Notes under the pieces: generated by a model
What the model saw: only the letters and a program-made list of their open reading frames with translations
What the model was told of the DNA's origin: nothing
The model's database searches: none
Program-made: the position numbers and the translations under genes
Shown: in pieces, positions 43,365 to 57,079 of the stretch
How the letters are laid out: every line of letters starts with the position of its first letter
Position numbering within the stretch: the stretch's first letter is position 1
Source: the human T2T-CHM13v2.0 reference genome, Homo sapiens
Assembly: GCF_009914755.1 (NCBI RefSeq)
Contig: NC_060937.1
DNA: 64,000 bases
Direction: 5' to 3' (one strand)

Positions 43365-43769
43365 TGTCAGGCCTCTGAGCCCAAGCTAAGCCATCGTATC
43401 CCCTGTGACCTGCACGTACACATCCAGATGGCCGGTTCCTGCCTTAACTGATGACATGCCACCAAAAAAGAAGTGAAAATGGCCTGTTCCTGCCTTAACT
43501 GATGACATTGTCTTATGAAATTCCTTCTCCTGGCTCATCCTGGCTCAAAAGCTCCCCTACTGAGCACCTTGTGACCCCCCCACTCCTGCCTGCCAGAGAA
43601 CAACCCCCCTTTATCCTTTACCTACCCAAATTCTATAAAACGGCCCCAACCCATCTCCCTTCGATGACTCTCTTTTGGAACTCAGCCTGCCTGCACCCAG
43701 GTGAAATAAACAGCCTTGTTGCTCACACAAAGCCTGTTTGGTGGTCTCTTCACAGGGACACGCATGAAA
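43365..43769 (+). mobile_element. 3' LTR7-type LTR with poly(A) signal AATAAA at 43705-43710
   Basis: Direct repeat of the 5' LTR, about 93% identical by hand alignment. Confidence 0.96.
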
Positions 43770-45211
43770 AAGATCATCTAAAAACAACACAGATTAAAGA
43801 TAATTTAATTTTAAAAATTAGTAAACTGATATCACTAGACTTCTTACTCCTTCTCAAATTTTACATCAGAATATTCTCCAAGCATTTTATGTATCTAGAA
43901 ATAAAATTATCCACTACAAAGTATAAGAATGACAGCATTTCAGACTTTGTAAATTAAATTGTGTGATTCATGTATTTTCTAAGAATCTGAATGACTTTCA
44001 AATGAGCCAGCTACTTTATGTTCTCTAATCCTTCTTAAAAATATAATGGAAGAAATATGCTGATTCTTCTCTTTACATGAATACTTCCACACAAGAGCCT
44101 TTTAAATATATGCTCCAATCATTTTATTTCTTTAATTGGATTACATTTCTCCTAGTTCCTTCAGAATCACAATTTGGTAAAAAGAATCCAAAATGACCTT
44201 TCTTTTCAGAGGTGGCATTAAAGTTTCAAGCCATGGAGCATCTCACAATCATTTTGGTAATAGGTTCACTGATGTAAAATAATTTATATGAATGAAGTGT
44301 TTGTTGATAAAAATGTGCTTATAGAATCTCTGAAGAGCAGCTGAAGAAAATTCACATGTGCTTCTTATCACTGAAATTTAATATTGTTTGGGGTTGATTA
44401 TTTGCATTTGTCAATTTTCATTCTGCCCATAAATATTTAGATTATTCAGACATAAGAAATGGAAATGGTCGTGTGCTCTTAAAGGAGAAAGTAAGCTTCC
44501 ATATAAATACATCAAATAAAATACATATCAGTGAAAGAGACAGAGACTAAACCTTTGTATCAAAAGTGTATTTTTAGGTAAAAATTATCATTTTGACCTG
44601 TATGTCATGAAGAGCAGGTCTCTTTTCAAAACTGGAAATTCACGTCATTTTGTCACCTACATGTGAGAGAGGCTTATGCATGGGAGATCTTCAGTAAGAG
44701 GATTTCTTCGCCACTTTCATCTCAACTGAAAAATGTCCTTTAATGTGACACATTATATTAATGTCACCTTTGAAAGCAAAACTTCAGAGCAGAGGAATTA
44801 TCTACTTATTTCTTTGAATTTTAAGTAACCATAAACATAATTCTAAGAAACAGACTTTTGAAAATGTAAATATTAATAAGAAAAAAATCTAAATTCCAAA
44901 GCAGGATTATCACTTTACTTGTGTAAAAGGACAATTTATCAGAAAACATTTTGACATTGTAAAATGATATGCAAATGTAAGCATTATAATGGCTAAAAAT
45001 TAATCTATGGAATTAATTCCATAAAAAAAATCTAAAAAAATCTATGGAATTTCCATAGATTTTCACATAAACAACTTTTTCCATGCTACTTTCTTTGTGT
45101 ACATGCTTATGGATTAAACGATAGCCATTTCAAAGTAAAATTTTAACTCCTTGGTTATTTACAAATATTTCTTTTACTGTTCTATATAAGAGTCCTGAAT
45201 ATAAAACTCAA

Positions 45212-45570
45212 GGCTATGAACTGAATTGTGTTCCCACTGAATTCAAATATTGAAGCCCTAATTCTTACTGCGATGGTATTTGGAGATGGAGCCTTTGAGA
45301 AATAATTAGATGAGTTCATGAGCATGGACCCTCATGATGGAACTAGTCCCTACAGAAGAAGGAAGAGACACCATAGCTGTGTCTCTGTCATGTGAGGACA
45401 TCATGGGAAGGCGGCTGTTGGCAATGCAGCAAGAGAGCCCTCACCAGAACCGAACCTTGTGGACAACCTGAGCTTGAACTTCCATCCTTCAGAATTATGA
45501 GAAAATCAATTTCTGTTGTTTAAGCCAGTCTATGATATTTTTGTTACGGCAGGTTAAACTTACTAATACA
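45212..45570 (+). mobile_element. MLT1A/MLT1A0 solo LTR
   Basis: gctatgaactgaattgtgttccc...ggtatttggagatggagcctttg...gagagccctcaccagaacc...tttctgttgtttaagcca...actaataca. Confidence 0.9.
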
Positions 45571-46899
45571 CTCCTAGGTTTATTAACATGGATCCAAGTT
45601 CACTGTAACTTAACTTTAATGCTTTGAAAGCATTGAAAATAAACTTATTCCTTCAAAAACTCTATTAACCACCAAAAACATTAATATGCTTCAAATTCCC
45701 ATGAAATAAATGTATTAAACTTCAGGAAAACATGAGGCTTATTAAGTTAGTGTGTAAAATTTAATTATTTTTATTATAGAGTATAAAACATACTGTATAA
45801 ATTTTTTTTAAAAGATGATAACTTTACAGTCAAATGGTAGGTTCTGAGAGGAGTTTAAATAGTACTTTGTGTACTTAGGTAAATGGTCTCCTCTGGAAAA
45901 AACGATATCAGAGTTGAAAGAAAAAAGTACATATACTACAGAAAAAATTCTACAGACTAAACCATAAATTATTATTTTAAAAAATTACTACTAGAGGCAT
46001 TAATTTTATACTCCTTATATTAACTCAGTCTTTATGTTTGAAATGAGTCACAATGCAGTGATAGAATGACTTTTACCTGCCATTCTATGCCAATTATTTG
46101 GAGTTGTTAGATGGGATAATGGATGCTTTTGTCTCTTTTGCTCTAATAATAGTAATTTCACAAACTGAATGCATGTTTTTAATCCATAATATTTGGCACA
46201 TGATACCATTTATTCATCACATCAGTGTTGAAAGAAATACATTATCACAAATTTACAGATGAGAAAGATGCTTAATTCCAATTCATCTGCCTGATGCCCA
46301 TGCTCCTCTCAGTATACCGCCTAAATATTTTTATTAAAGCTTCTATTTTCAAGTCTTCATAAAATTTGTAAGTGAAAATTTCTATAAAATCTTGATATAT
46401 ATGTAAAAATTCACATATATGATCATTATACTATGGGTTTTATAATTAGTGCATATAATTATACAAAGTGAAGGGAAAAAATCTAGAACAACAAGGAGGT
46501 GGTTACAGTTGCAACATCAATAAGAAACATTTTACCTGGTTTTTAATGACTATATGATATGAGTGGTAGGAACACTCACAGAGCATTTAGGAACATTTTT
46601 CACCCAGAGTTAGATTAGAATTTATAGTCTTCATTCAACTTGGTGTCATCACTGGTACACCACCTGAACATGTTTATATCCACGTAGAAAATTTTCTCAT
46701 GGTCTTACACAGTTTACTCCTCTTTCTCCACTTTTTTTCCCTTAAATTAATCTTATCCTAACACACAGTTACTATTAACTAGTAAACAAGACAAATGTGC
46801 TCTGCACCATTATAGAGCATGAATAATTGAAAAAGTGAATGAATGGATGAATGAGCACTGTCAGCTATTCCAATCTAACCTAATATATTCTCTAAGATC

Positions 46900-47280
46900 T
46901 CTTTTCATGCATGCTTTTTCTCCCCTTTAAGCCATTCCTCTCACTGCAATCAGCCATCTTTTAAAAAAATGTTTTTTGCTTGCTCATGGGGTATTAAAGA
47001 TGTTTCCTCATCCTAACATGTTCTTTCCCATCCTTTTATCTAGCTATTTATAAAATAAAACATCCGTTGCTTTCTTTTGGAAAGCATTAGTGAACGCTAA
47101 TGAATTATTTTAGTATCCCCTAATCCCATGTTCATGTCATACTCTATACCTCTTTTACAGCACATTTGCACCAACTGTTAATTAAGCATGTGGTTACTGT
47201 TTTGATGTCTGTCTTACTCAATTGTAAACTTCACGAGGACAGGACCATCTGAGCTGATCTGTGCACAATCCAGCAAATAT
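46900..47280 (+). mobile_element. Degenerate L2 3' fragment
   Basis: tgtctgtcttactcaattgtaaacttcacgaggacaggaccatctg. Confidence 0.55.
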
Positions 47281-48597
47281 CTACAGACTGGATAAGGGAT
47301 GCGTTGATTGAGTGCAGGAGAAAACTCTCATTACAAGTGAGATAGTACAACTGGAAAAATTGCAAACATTATCCTTAGATATAGGAAACTTTGGAGACAG
47401 GGTGACACCATCAGCTTTAGATAAACCATGGTTATGATAACAGTCAAATACAGGCATTTCTAAAGTCAATTAGAGGCTTTTCTTCATATCTGGTAAAAGA
47501 TGTAATGGAATTCAAGTTGATCTATGTATATGTTAACTACTGTATTAAAAGCAAATGTCAATTGCAGCAGGCTATAGTTCATTTTGCCCATGGCATATGA
47601 TGAAGTTCAATTATACAGCTGATCAATATTGAAATTGACTATTTGAGGATCTTGCAGATAACCAAATGTTATAGTAATACTCATTTTCATCTTTTTTTTT
47701 TTTTTCTGCTACTGACTCAGTGATTCCTCTAAGAATCACTGTTTGTGTCTTCTACGTCTGGTTTTTATCATGTCACTGATCATTGCGTTGGCTATATGTT
47801 AAATGCGTGCACATCTGTGTGTCTCAAATATCTATAAGTATTCCATATTGTCTGAAATTATGTCTCAGTATGTTATTGTAGTCTATGTCCTGTTAAGACT
47901 AATTGAATTTTTTTCACTCCATTATTTTTTATTACATTAATAAATCAATGCAGTCACACATGCTCAAACTGTGCATGAAAATGTCATTTTTCTCTTTCAG
48001 CTGTAAAACACACATTTACAGCTTAGGAAAATCATGGCATTTTGGCTTATTTCAATTATGCAGAGAGCATACAACTTTCAACAGGTTTTATCTAGATACT
48101 CTACTTTTATGTTTCCTGAAAATATATCCCACTAAAGTTAATTAGCTTATTTTAGTCTTTTATACTATTGGAAATAAGACATATCTTTAACACAAGCAAA
48201 TCAGCATTACTAAAGCTTATGTTTGCAAAGAGAAGTGGAGTACTTTGTAAAATCCAAAACCAATCGCTTTCATGTCAAATTGAAATTACATAATACTCCA
48301 ACTGTTATTTATGCTACTTAGGCACAGACTATATAAGCCTCAACAATGTGCATCTTATCAGAGTGTTACATAACTAATCACGTTTAAGAGTTTATCCAAA
48401 GACTTTCTAAATGTATTCTAAATATATTTTTCAATTGAAGTTGAGGTATTAACTCACAGTAATTTAAAAAAAGACAGCCGATGATTTCTTTGGAGAGCGG
48501 ACTTGGCTGTGTTCAGTTACTATTCTGTTATTCTGAAAACAAAATGTCAAACACCAATTAATATCACAAATTATTTAAATATAGCCCCTAGATTAAT

Positions 48598-51500
48598 GTA
48601 TTGTTTGTAATATCCAGGGGAGAATATTACTGGGAGGACACTACTCCCAGTATTGCAAGGGGTGTACACCCCCCTGTGATATTGTTTATAATATGCAGGG
48701 GTGGAGAGTATGATATTACTCCCAATATCGCAGGGAGTGTTCACTCCCCTTGTGATATTGTTCATAATATCCGGGGGTGGGGGGATACAATGATATTACT
48801 TCCAATATCCCAGGGGATGTACACCCACCTGTGATATTGTTGCTAATATCCAGGTGGGAAGAGGATGATATTACCCCCAATATCAGAGGGGGTGTACACC
48901 CCCCTGTGACATTGTTCATAATATCCAAGGGGTAGAGGATGATATTACTGCCTATATCGCAGGGGGTGTGCACCCCCCTGTGATATTGTTTATAATATCT
49001 AGATGGGGAGAGGACGATATTACTCCCAATATCGCAGGTGGTGTACACCCCCGTGATATTATTTGCAATATCCAGGCGAGGGAGAGGATGATACTACTCC
49101 CAATATCGCTGGTGGTGTACACCCCCGTGATATTATTTGCAATATCCAGGCGGGGGAGAGGATGATACTACTCCCAATATCGAAAGTGGTGTACACACCT
49201 CTGTGATATTGTTTGTAATATCCAGGTGGGGAGAGAATGATATTACTTCCAATATCTCAGAAGGTGTACACATCCCTGTGACATTGTTCGTAATATCCCG
49301 GGAAGGTGAGGATGATATTACTCCAAATATCGCAGGCGGTATACACTCCTCTGTGACACTGTTTGTAATATCCAGGAAGGGAGAGGATTATATTACTTCC
49401 AACATCGCAGGGGGTGTACACCCCGGGGGGGAGAGGATGATACTACTCCCAATATCGCAGGACGTACACATTCCCCAGTGATATTGTTTTTAATATTCAG
49501 GGGAGGAGAAGATGATATTACTCTTAATATCGCAGGGGGTGCACCCCTGGTCACAATATCCAAGGTTGAAGAGGATGATATAAATGCCAACATTGCAGGG
49601 GGTGGACACATTCCTGTGAAATTGTTCGAAATATCTGTGAGGGGAGAGGATGAAATTACCCTCAATATCCCAGGTGGTGTCCACCTGCCTGTAATATTCT
49701 TCGACATATTCAAGGGTGAGACAATATTACTCCCAACATTGCATGGGGTGTACACCCTTCTGTGATATTGTTTGTAATATTCTGGGGGGAGACAATGGTA
49801 TTACTTTTAATATCGAAGGAGTGTACACCCCTGAGATATTGTTCATAGTATCCAGGGGGGAGAGGATAATATTACTCCCAATATCGCAGGGGACGTACAC
49901 CCCCCTGTGATATTGTTCGTAATAATCAGGGTGGAAGAAGATCAAATTACTCCCAAGATCACAGGAAGTGTACACCCCCCTGTGATATTGTACCTAATAT
50001 CCAGACGGAGGGAGAATGATATTACTCCCAATATCGCAGGGGCTGTACACACCCTGTGATATTGTTCGTAATATCCACAGCGTTGGTGGGGAGGGGTGGA
50101 TGATAATATTGCCAATATCGAAGTGTGTGTGCTCCCTCCTACAATATTGTTCGTAATATCCAGGGAGAAGGAAAATGATATTACTTTCAATATTCCTGGG
50201 AGTGTACACACTCCTGTAATACTGTTCGTAACATCCAGGGGAGAGAGGATGATATTAGTGCAAGTATTGCAGGGGTGTACACGCCCCGTGATATAGTCCG
50301 TAATATCCAGAGGGTGAGAAAACGATATTACTCCCAATATCACAGGGGTGTACACCCTTCTGTGATGTTTTTCCATAATATCCAGGGAAGGAGAAGATGA
50401 TATTACTCCGAATATTGCAGAAGGTGTACATCCCCTTGTGATATTTTTCGCAATAGCCAAGGGGGAAGAGGATAACATCAATCACAATATTGTAAACACC
50501 CTGTGTGTACACCCCCGTCTTATTGTTTGTATTATCCACAGGGTGAGAGGATGATATTACTCCCAATATCACAGGGGGTGTACACCCTTGTGTGATACAG
50601 TTCCTGCCACACAGCAGCAAAAAGGATGATATTACTCCAAAGAGTACAGGTGGTGTGCACCCCCCACCCCGTGATATTGTTCCTAATATCCAACGCAGGT
50701 GTGGATGATATTACTTTTAATATCGCAGGGTGTGTACACCCCCACAGTGATATTGTGTCTAATATCCACGGGGGAAGGTTATATTACTTTCATTATTGCT
50801 GGAGGGGGTTACACTCTCCCTGTGATATTGTACCTAATATCGAGAAAGAGAGAGAATGATGTTACTCCCAATATCACAGCGGGTGTACACCTCCCCCCCG
50901 TGATAATGTTCCTAATATCCAGGGTGGAAAAGGATGATATTACTCCCAATATCACAGAATGTGTACACCCCCTTCTATGATCTTGTTCATAATATCCCGT
51001 TTGGGATAGGATGATATTAATCCCAATATCTCAGGGGTGTAAACCCCCGTGATATTGTTCCTAATATCCACAGTCAGAGAGGATGATATTACTCTCAATT
51101 TCACAGGGGGGGTACACATTTTCAGTGATATTGTTCCTAATATCCACAGAGGGAGAGGATGATATTACTTCAAATATCACAGAAATTGTACACTTCTTCT
51201 ATGATATTGTTCCTAATATCCGTGGGGTAAGATGATAATATTACTCCAAATATCTAAGGGGGTGTACACCACACCTGTAATATTGTTCCTAATATCCAAG
51301 GAGGGAGAGGATGATATTACTCCCAATATCGCATGTGGTGTACAACCCCACTGTGGTATTGTTTCTAATATACGGGGTGGGGGGAGAGAGAAATTTATTA
51401 CTCCCAATATTGCAGCGGGTGTACACCTCCCCTGTGATTTTGATTCTAATATCCAAAAAGGGACAGGAAAATATTACTACCAATATGGCAGGGGTTGTAC

Positions 51501-54500
51501 ACTCCCCCCGCCATAATATTGTTTTTAATATCCAGGGAGAGAGAATATTGCTCTTAATATCACAGGGGGTGTACACCTCTCTGTGATATTGTTCCTAATA
51601 TTCAAAGGGGAGAGGACGATATTACTCCCAATATTGCAATAAAATTACATCCCCATATGATTTTGTTCCTAATATACAGAGGGGAGAGGATGATATTTTT
51701 TCCAATATGCAGGAGGTATACAATCTCCTGTGATACTGTTCTTAATATACAGGTGGGGAGAGGATATTACTTCCAATATCAAAAGGCATGTACACCCCCG
51801 TTGTGATACTGTTCCTAACATTCAGGAAGGGAGAGAATGATGTTAGTCCCAATATCGCAGGGCGTGTACAACCCCGCTGTGATATTGTTCCTAATATCCA
51901 GGTAAAGAGAGGATGATATTACTCCCAGTATCGCAGGGGTTGTACACTTCCCCTATGACATTGTTCCTAATATCCAATAGTGGAGAGAATGCTATCACTT
52001 CCAATATCACAGGGGGTGTACAGCCCTTGTATGATATTGTTCCTTATATTGGGAGGCAGAGGATGATATTACTCCCAATATCGCAGGGGGATACACCCCT
52101 CTTGTGATATTGCTTTTCATATCTACAGGAGGAGACGATAATGTTGCTGTCAATATCGCAAGGGTTGTGCACCCCCTTGTGATATTGCTCCTAATATCCA
52201 AGGGGGTAAAGAATGATATTACTCCCAATATAGCAGAAGTTGTACACTCCACCTGTGATATTTTTCCTAATATCGGGGTGGGGAGAGCATGATATTACTT
52301 CCAATATCGCAGGGGTTGTACGTCCTCCCCTCCCGTGATATTGTTCCTAATATCCAGGGGAGGAGGGGATAATATTACTCCCATATCACAGGGGTATACT
52401 TCCCCTTTGGGATATTGTTCTGAATATCCATGGGAAGAGAGAGTGATTTTACTCCCAATATCGAAGGGAATGTATATCCCTCCGTGATATTGTTTTTAAT
52501 ATCCAGTTGGGAAGAGGATGATATTACTCCCAATATCAAAGGGAATGTATATCCCTCCGTGATATTGTTTTTAATATCCAGTTGGGAAGAGGATGATATT
52601 ACTCCCAATATCGCACGGGTTGTACATTGCCCTGTGATATTGTTGCTGCTAACAAAGTGGGAGAGGATGATATTACTCCCAATATAGCAGGAGGTGTACA
52701 TTCCCCCTGTGATGTTGTTCCTGCTATCCAAAGCGGGAGAGGATGATATTACTCCCAATATCGCATGGGGTGTACACCCTCCCTGTGATATTGTTCCTAA
52801 TACCCAGGTTGGGAGAGGATAATATTACGACAAATATCACAGGAGGTGTGCAACCCCCTTTGATATTGTTCCTAATATTTAGAGGGGGAGAGAATGAATA
52901 TAGTCTCAATGTCGAATAAGATGTACATCCCCCCCAAAATTATATTGTTCCTAATAATTATGAGGAGAGAGGATGACATTTCTTTCAATATCACAGAGGG
53001 TGTAAACCGTGTATGTGATATTGCTTCTAATATCCAGGGGCAGGAGGATGATATTACTCCCAAAATAGCAGGAAATGTACACCCCACCCCCCGCGATATG
53101 GTTTCTAATATCCAGGAAGGCAAAGGATGATAATAGTCCCAATACTGCAAAGGGCGTATACTCCTTCTGTGATATTGTTTCTAATATCCAGTAAGGGAGA
53201 GGATGATATTTCTCCCAGTATCGCAGGGGTATACATTCCCACTGTTATATTGTTTTTAGTATACAGTGGGGGAGATGGTGATATTACTCCCAATATAGCA
53301 GAGGGTGTACACCTACCCTGTAATATTGTTCCCAGAATTTACGAAATAAGAGGATAATATTACTCCCAATATCACAGGGGCTGTATACCCTCCTGGTGAT
53401 ATTCTTCCTAATGTTTGAGGAGGGAGACGGCAATATTACTCCCAATATCGCAGGAAATGTACAACACCCTCCGTGATATTGTTCCTAAAATCCAGGTGGG
53501 GAGAGGATGATATTACTCCCAATATCAAAGCGCGTACACCCCCCTTTGATATTGTTCCTAATATCCATGGGAGGGGGGAGAAGTGTAATATTAATCCCAA
53601 TATCACAACAAGTGTATACCTCCCTTGTGATATATTTCCTAATATTCAAAGATGGAGAGGATGATATTACTTTCAGTATTGCAGGGAGTGTACACCCCCC
53701 TGCGATATTGTGCCTAACATCCAGACGGGTGGAGAATGATATTACTCCCAATATCACAGGGCCTGTACACACCCTGTGATATTGTTCGTAATATCCACGG
53801 GGGGAGTGGATGATAATATTGCCAGTATCGAAGTGTGTGTACTCCCCTCTACGATATTGTTCGTAATATCCAGGGAGAAGGAAAATGATATTACTTTCAA
53901 TATTCCTGGGAGTGTACACACTCCTGTAATATTGTTCGTAATAACCAGGGGAGAGAGGATAATATTACTGCAAGTATCGCAGGGGTGTACACGCCCCGTG
54001 ATATAGTTTGTAATATCCAGAAGGGGAGAAAACGATATTACTCCCAATATCACAGGGGTGTACACCCTTCTGTGATATTTTTCCATAATATCCAGGGAAG
54101 GAAAAGATGATATTACTCTGAATATCGCAGAAGGTGTACATCCTCTTATGATATTTTTGCAATAGCCAGGGGTGAAGAGGATAACGTCAATCACAATATT
54201 GTAAACACCTTGGGTGTACACCCCCGTCTTATTGTTTGTATTATCCACGGGGTGAGAGGATGATATTACTCCCAATATCACAGGGGGTGTACACCCTTGT
54301 GTGATATAGTTCCTGCCATACAGGGGCAAAAAGGATGATATTACTCCAAAGAGCACAGGTGGTGTAGACTCTCCACCCCATGATATTGTTGCTAATATCC
54401 AATGCGGGTGAGGATGATATTACTTTTAATATCGCAGAGTGTGTGCACCCCCACAGTGATATTGTGTCTAATATCCACGGGGACAGATTATATTACTTTC

Positions 54501-57075
54501 AATGTTGCAGGGGGTGGACACTCTCCCTGTGATATTGTACCTAACATCAAGAGAGAGGATGATGTTACTCCCAATATCACAGCGGGTGTACACCTCACCC
54601 CTGTGATAATGTTCCTAATATCCACTGCGGTAAAGGATGATATTACTCCCAATATCACAGGATGTGTACACCCCCCCCCGCCCCCTGCCCATGATCTTGT
54701 TCGTAATATCCCGTTCGGGATAAAATGATATTAGTCCCAATATTGCAGGGATGTACACCCTCCTGTGATATTGTTCTTAATATCCATGGGCAGAGAGGAT
54801 GATATTACTCCCAATGTCACAAAGGGTGTATACATTTTCGGTGATATTGTTCCTAACATTCACGGAGGGAGAGGACGGTATTACTACAAATATCGTAGAA
54901 GTTGTACACCTCTTCTGTGATATTGCTCCTAATATCCGTGGGGTAAGATGATAATATTACTCCAAATATCTAAGGGGTGTACACCGCCCCTGTGATATTG
55001 TTCCTAATATCGGGGGGGGGGAAGGATGATATTACTTCCAATATCGCATGTAGTGTACACCGCTGCTGTGGTATTGTTTCTAATATACAGGACAGGAGGG
55101 GAGAGAGAAATTTATTACTCCCAATATCGCAGCGGGTGTACACCTCCCCTGTGATTTTGATTCTAATATCCAAAAAGGGACAGGAAAATATTACTACCAA
55201 CATGGCAGGGGGTGTACGCCCCATCCCCGTGATATTGTTTCTAATATCCAGGGAGAGAGAAAATAATATTGCTTTTAATATCGCAGGGGGTGTACACCCC
55301 TCTGTGATATTGTTCCTAATATTCAAGGGGGAGAGGATGATTTTACTCCCAATATCGCAAGGAAATTACATCCCCATATGATTTTGTTCCTAATATCCAG
55401 AAGGGAGAGGATGATATTTCTTCCAATATTGCAGGGGGTGTACAACCTTCCTGTGATATTGTTCCTAATATACAGGTGGGGAGAGGATAATATTGTTTGT
55501 AATATCCAAGTGGAAAGAGGATTAAATTACTCTCAATATCGAAGGAGGTGTACACCTCCCCTGTGATATAGTTTCTAATAACCATGAGAGGAGAGGATGA
55601 TATATCTTCCAATATCACAGGAGGTGTACACCCCATTTCTGATTTTGTTAATAATTGCAAGGATGGGAGACGATTATATTACTTTAAATATCTCAGTGGG
55701 TGTACAACTGCTCTGTGATATTGCTCTTAATATCTAGGGGAAGAGAGGATGATATTAATTCCAATATCGAAGGGAGTGTACATCCCCCCGCCTTGTGACA
55801 TTGTTGCTAGTACCATGGGAAGAAAAGGATGATATTACTCACAGTATCGCAGGGAGTGTTCACCCCCTTTGTAGATGTGGTTACTAACACTTAGGAGATG
55901 AGAGTGTGATATTCCCAATATCGCAGGTGCTGTACATCCCCTTAGTGATATTCTTCCTAATATCTAGCGGGGGAGAGGATGATATTACTCCCAATATCCT
56001 AGGGGGTGTACAACCCCCTGTTATATTGTTCCTAATATATAGTTTGTGAGGGGATGATATTACTTTCAAAATAGCAGGGGGTGTACATGCTACATGCTAC
56101 ATGCTACATGATATCACATCCCTGTGATATCATTCCCAATATCAAGAAGGGGATGGGATTATATTACTTCCAATATCTCAGAGGGTGTAAACCTTCCGTG
56201 TGATATTATTCCTAATATCCAGGTTGGAGGAGAAAAATATTACTGTGAATATTGCAGGGGGTGTACACCTCTTTGTGATTTTGTTCCTAATATCAACAGG
56301 GGGAGACGATGATAGTACTCACAATATCTTACGGGGTGTACACCCCGCCCCGTGATATTGTTCCTAATATTTAAGTTTGGAGAGGATGATATTACACCCA
56401 ATATCGCAGGAGGTGTACACCTCTTTTGTGATATTGTTCCTAATATCCACGGGAGGAGAGGATACTATTACTCCGAATATCACAGTATGTGTACACCCCC
56501 CCGTGATAGTGTTCTTAATATTCAAAGGGGGAGAGTATATTACTCTCTATATCACAGGGGGTGTGTACACCCCCTGTGATATAGTTCCTAATATCCAGGG
56601 GAAGAGAGGGTGGTGATATTATTCCCAATATCGCAGGGGGTGTACACTGTGATACACCTGTGATATCGTTTCTAATATCCAGGTGGCAGAGGATGATATT
56701 ACTCCCAATATCGCAAGGACATACACCCCACAGTGATATTATTCCTAATATCCAGGGGTAGGAGAGGACAATATTACTCCAAGTATCAGGAGATGTACAC
56801 CCTTTCTGTGATATTTTTCTTTATATTCAAAAAGGAGAGGATGATATTACTCCCAATATTGAAAGGAGTGTACACTCCCCCTGTGATACTGGGATATTGT
56901 TTCCTGTCATATTGTTTCTAATATCAAAAAACAGAAAGGATGTTATTACTTTCAATACCGCAGGGGGTATAACACCCCCCCCCCCGTGACATTGTTCTTA
57001 ATAATCAAAGGGGGAGAGGATAATATTCCCAATATCGCAGGGGATGTACTTTTTTCCTGTAATATTGTTCCCAAT
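48598..57075 (+). repeat. SATR1/SATR2-type ~76-bp satellite, left arm
   Basis: Roughly 110 diverged monomers, consensus about TGATATTGTTCCTAATATCCAGGGGGGAGAGGATGATATTACTCCCAATATCGCAGGGGGTGTACACCCCCCTG. Strand label is arbitrary; family name is from recall. Confidence 0.9.
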
Positions 57076-57079
57076 TGTC

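Larger units (their letters stand above)
38170..43769 (+). mobile_element. HERV-H provirus, two LTRs, internally deleted (5.6 kb)
   Basis: Paired LTRs; 5-bp TSD AAGAT at 38165-38169 and 43770-43774; tRNA-His PBS; PPT; gag/pro/pol relics. Confidence 0.98.

Noticed and set aside
38645-43957. HERV-H ORFs as functional retroviral proteins, including env
   Set aside because: All are short fragments; the protease DTG and RT YxDD are lost; only ~0.55 kb lies between pol and the PPT, with no recognisable env ORF.
47713-47741. AP-1 site TGACTCA overlapping a 9-bp inverted repeat
   Set aside because: A single short motif with no supporting context.
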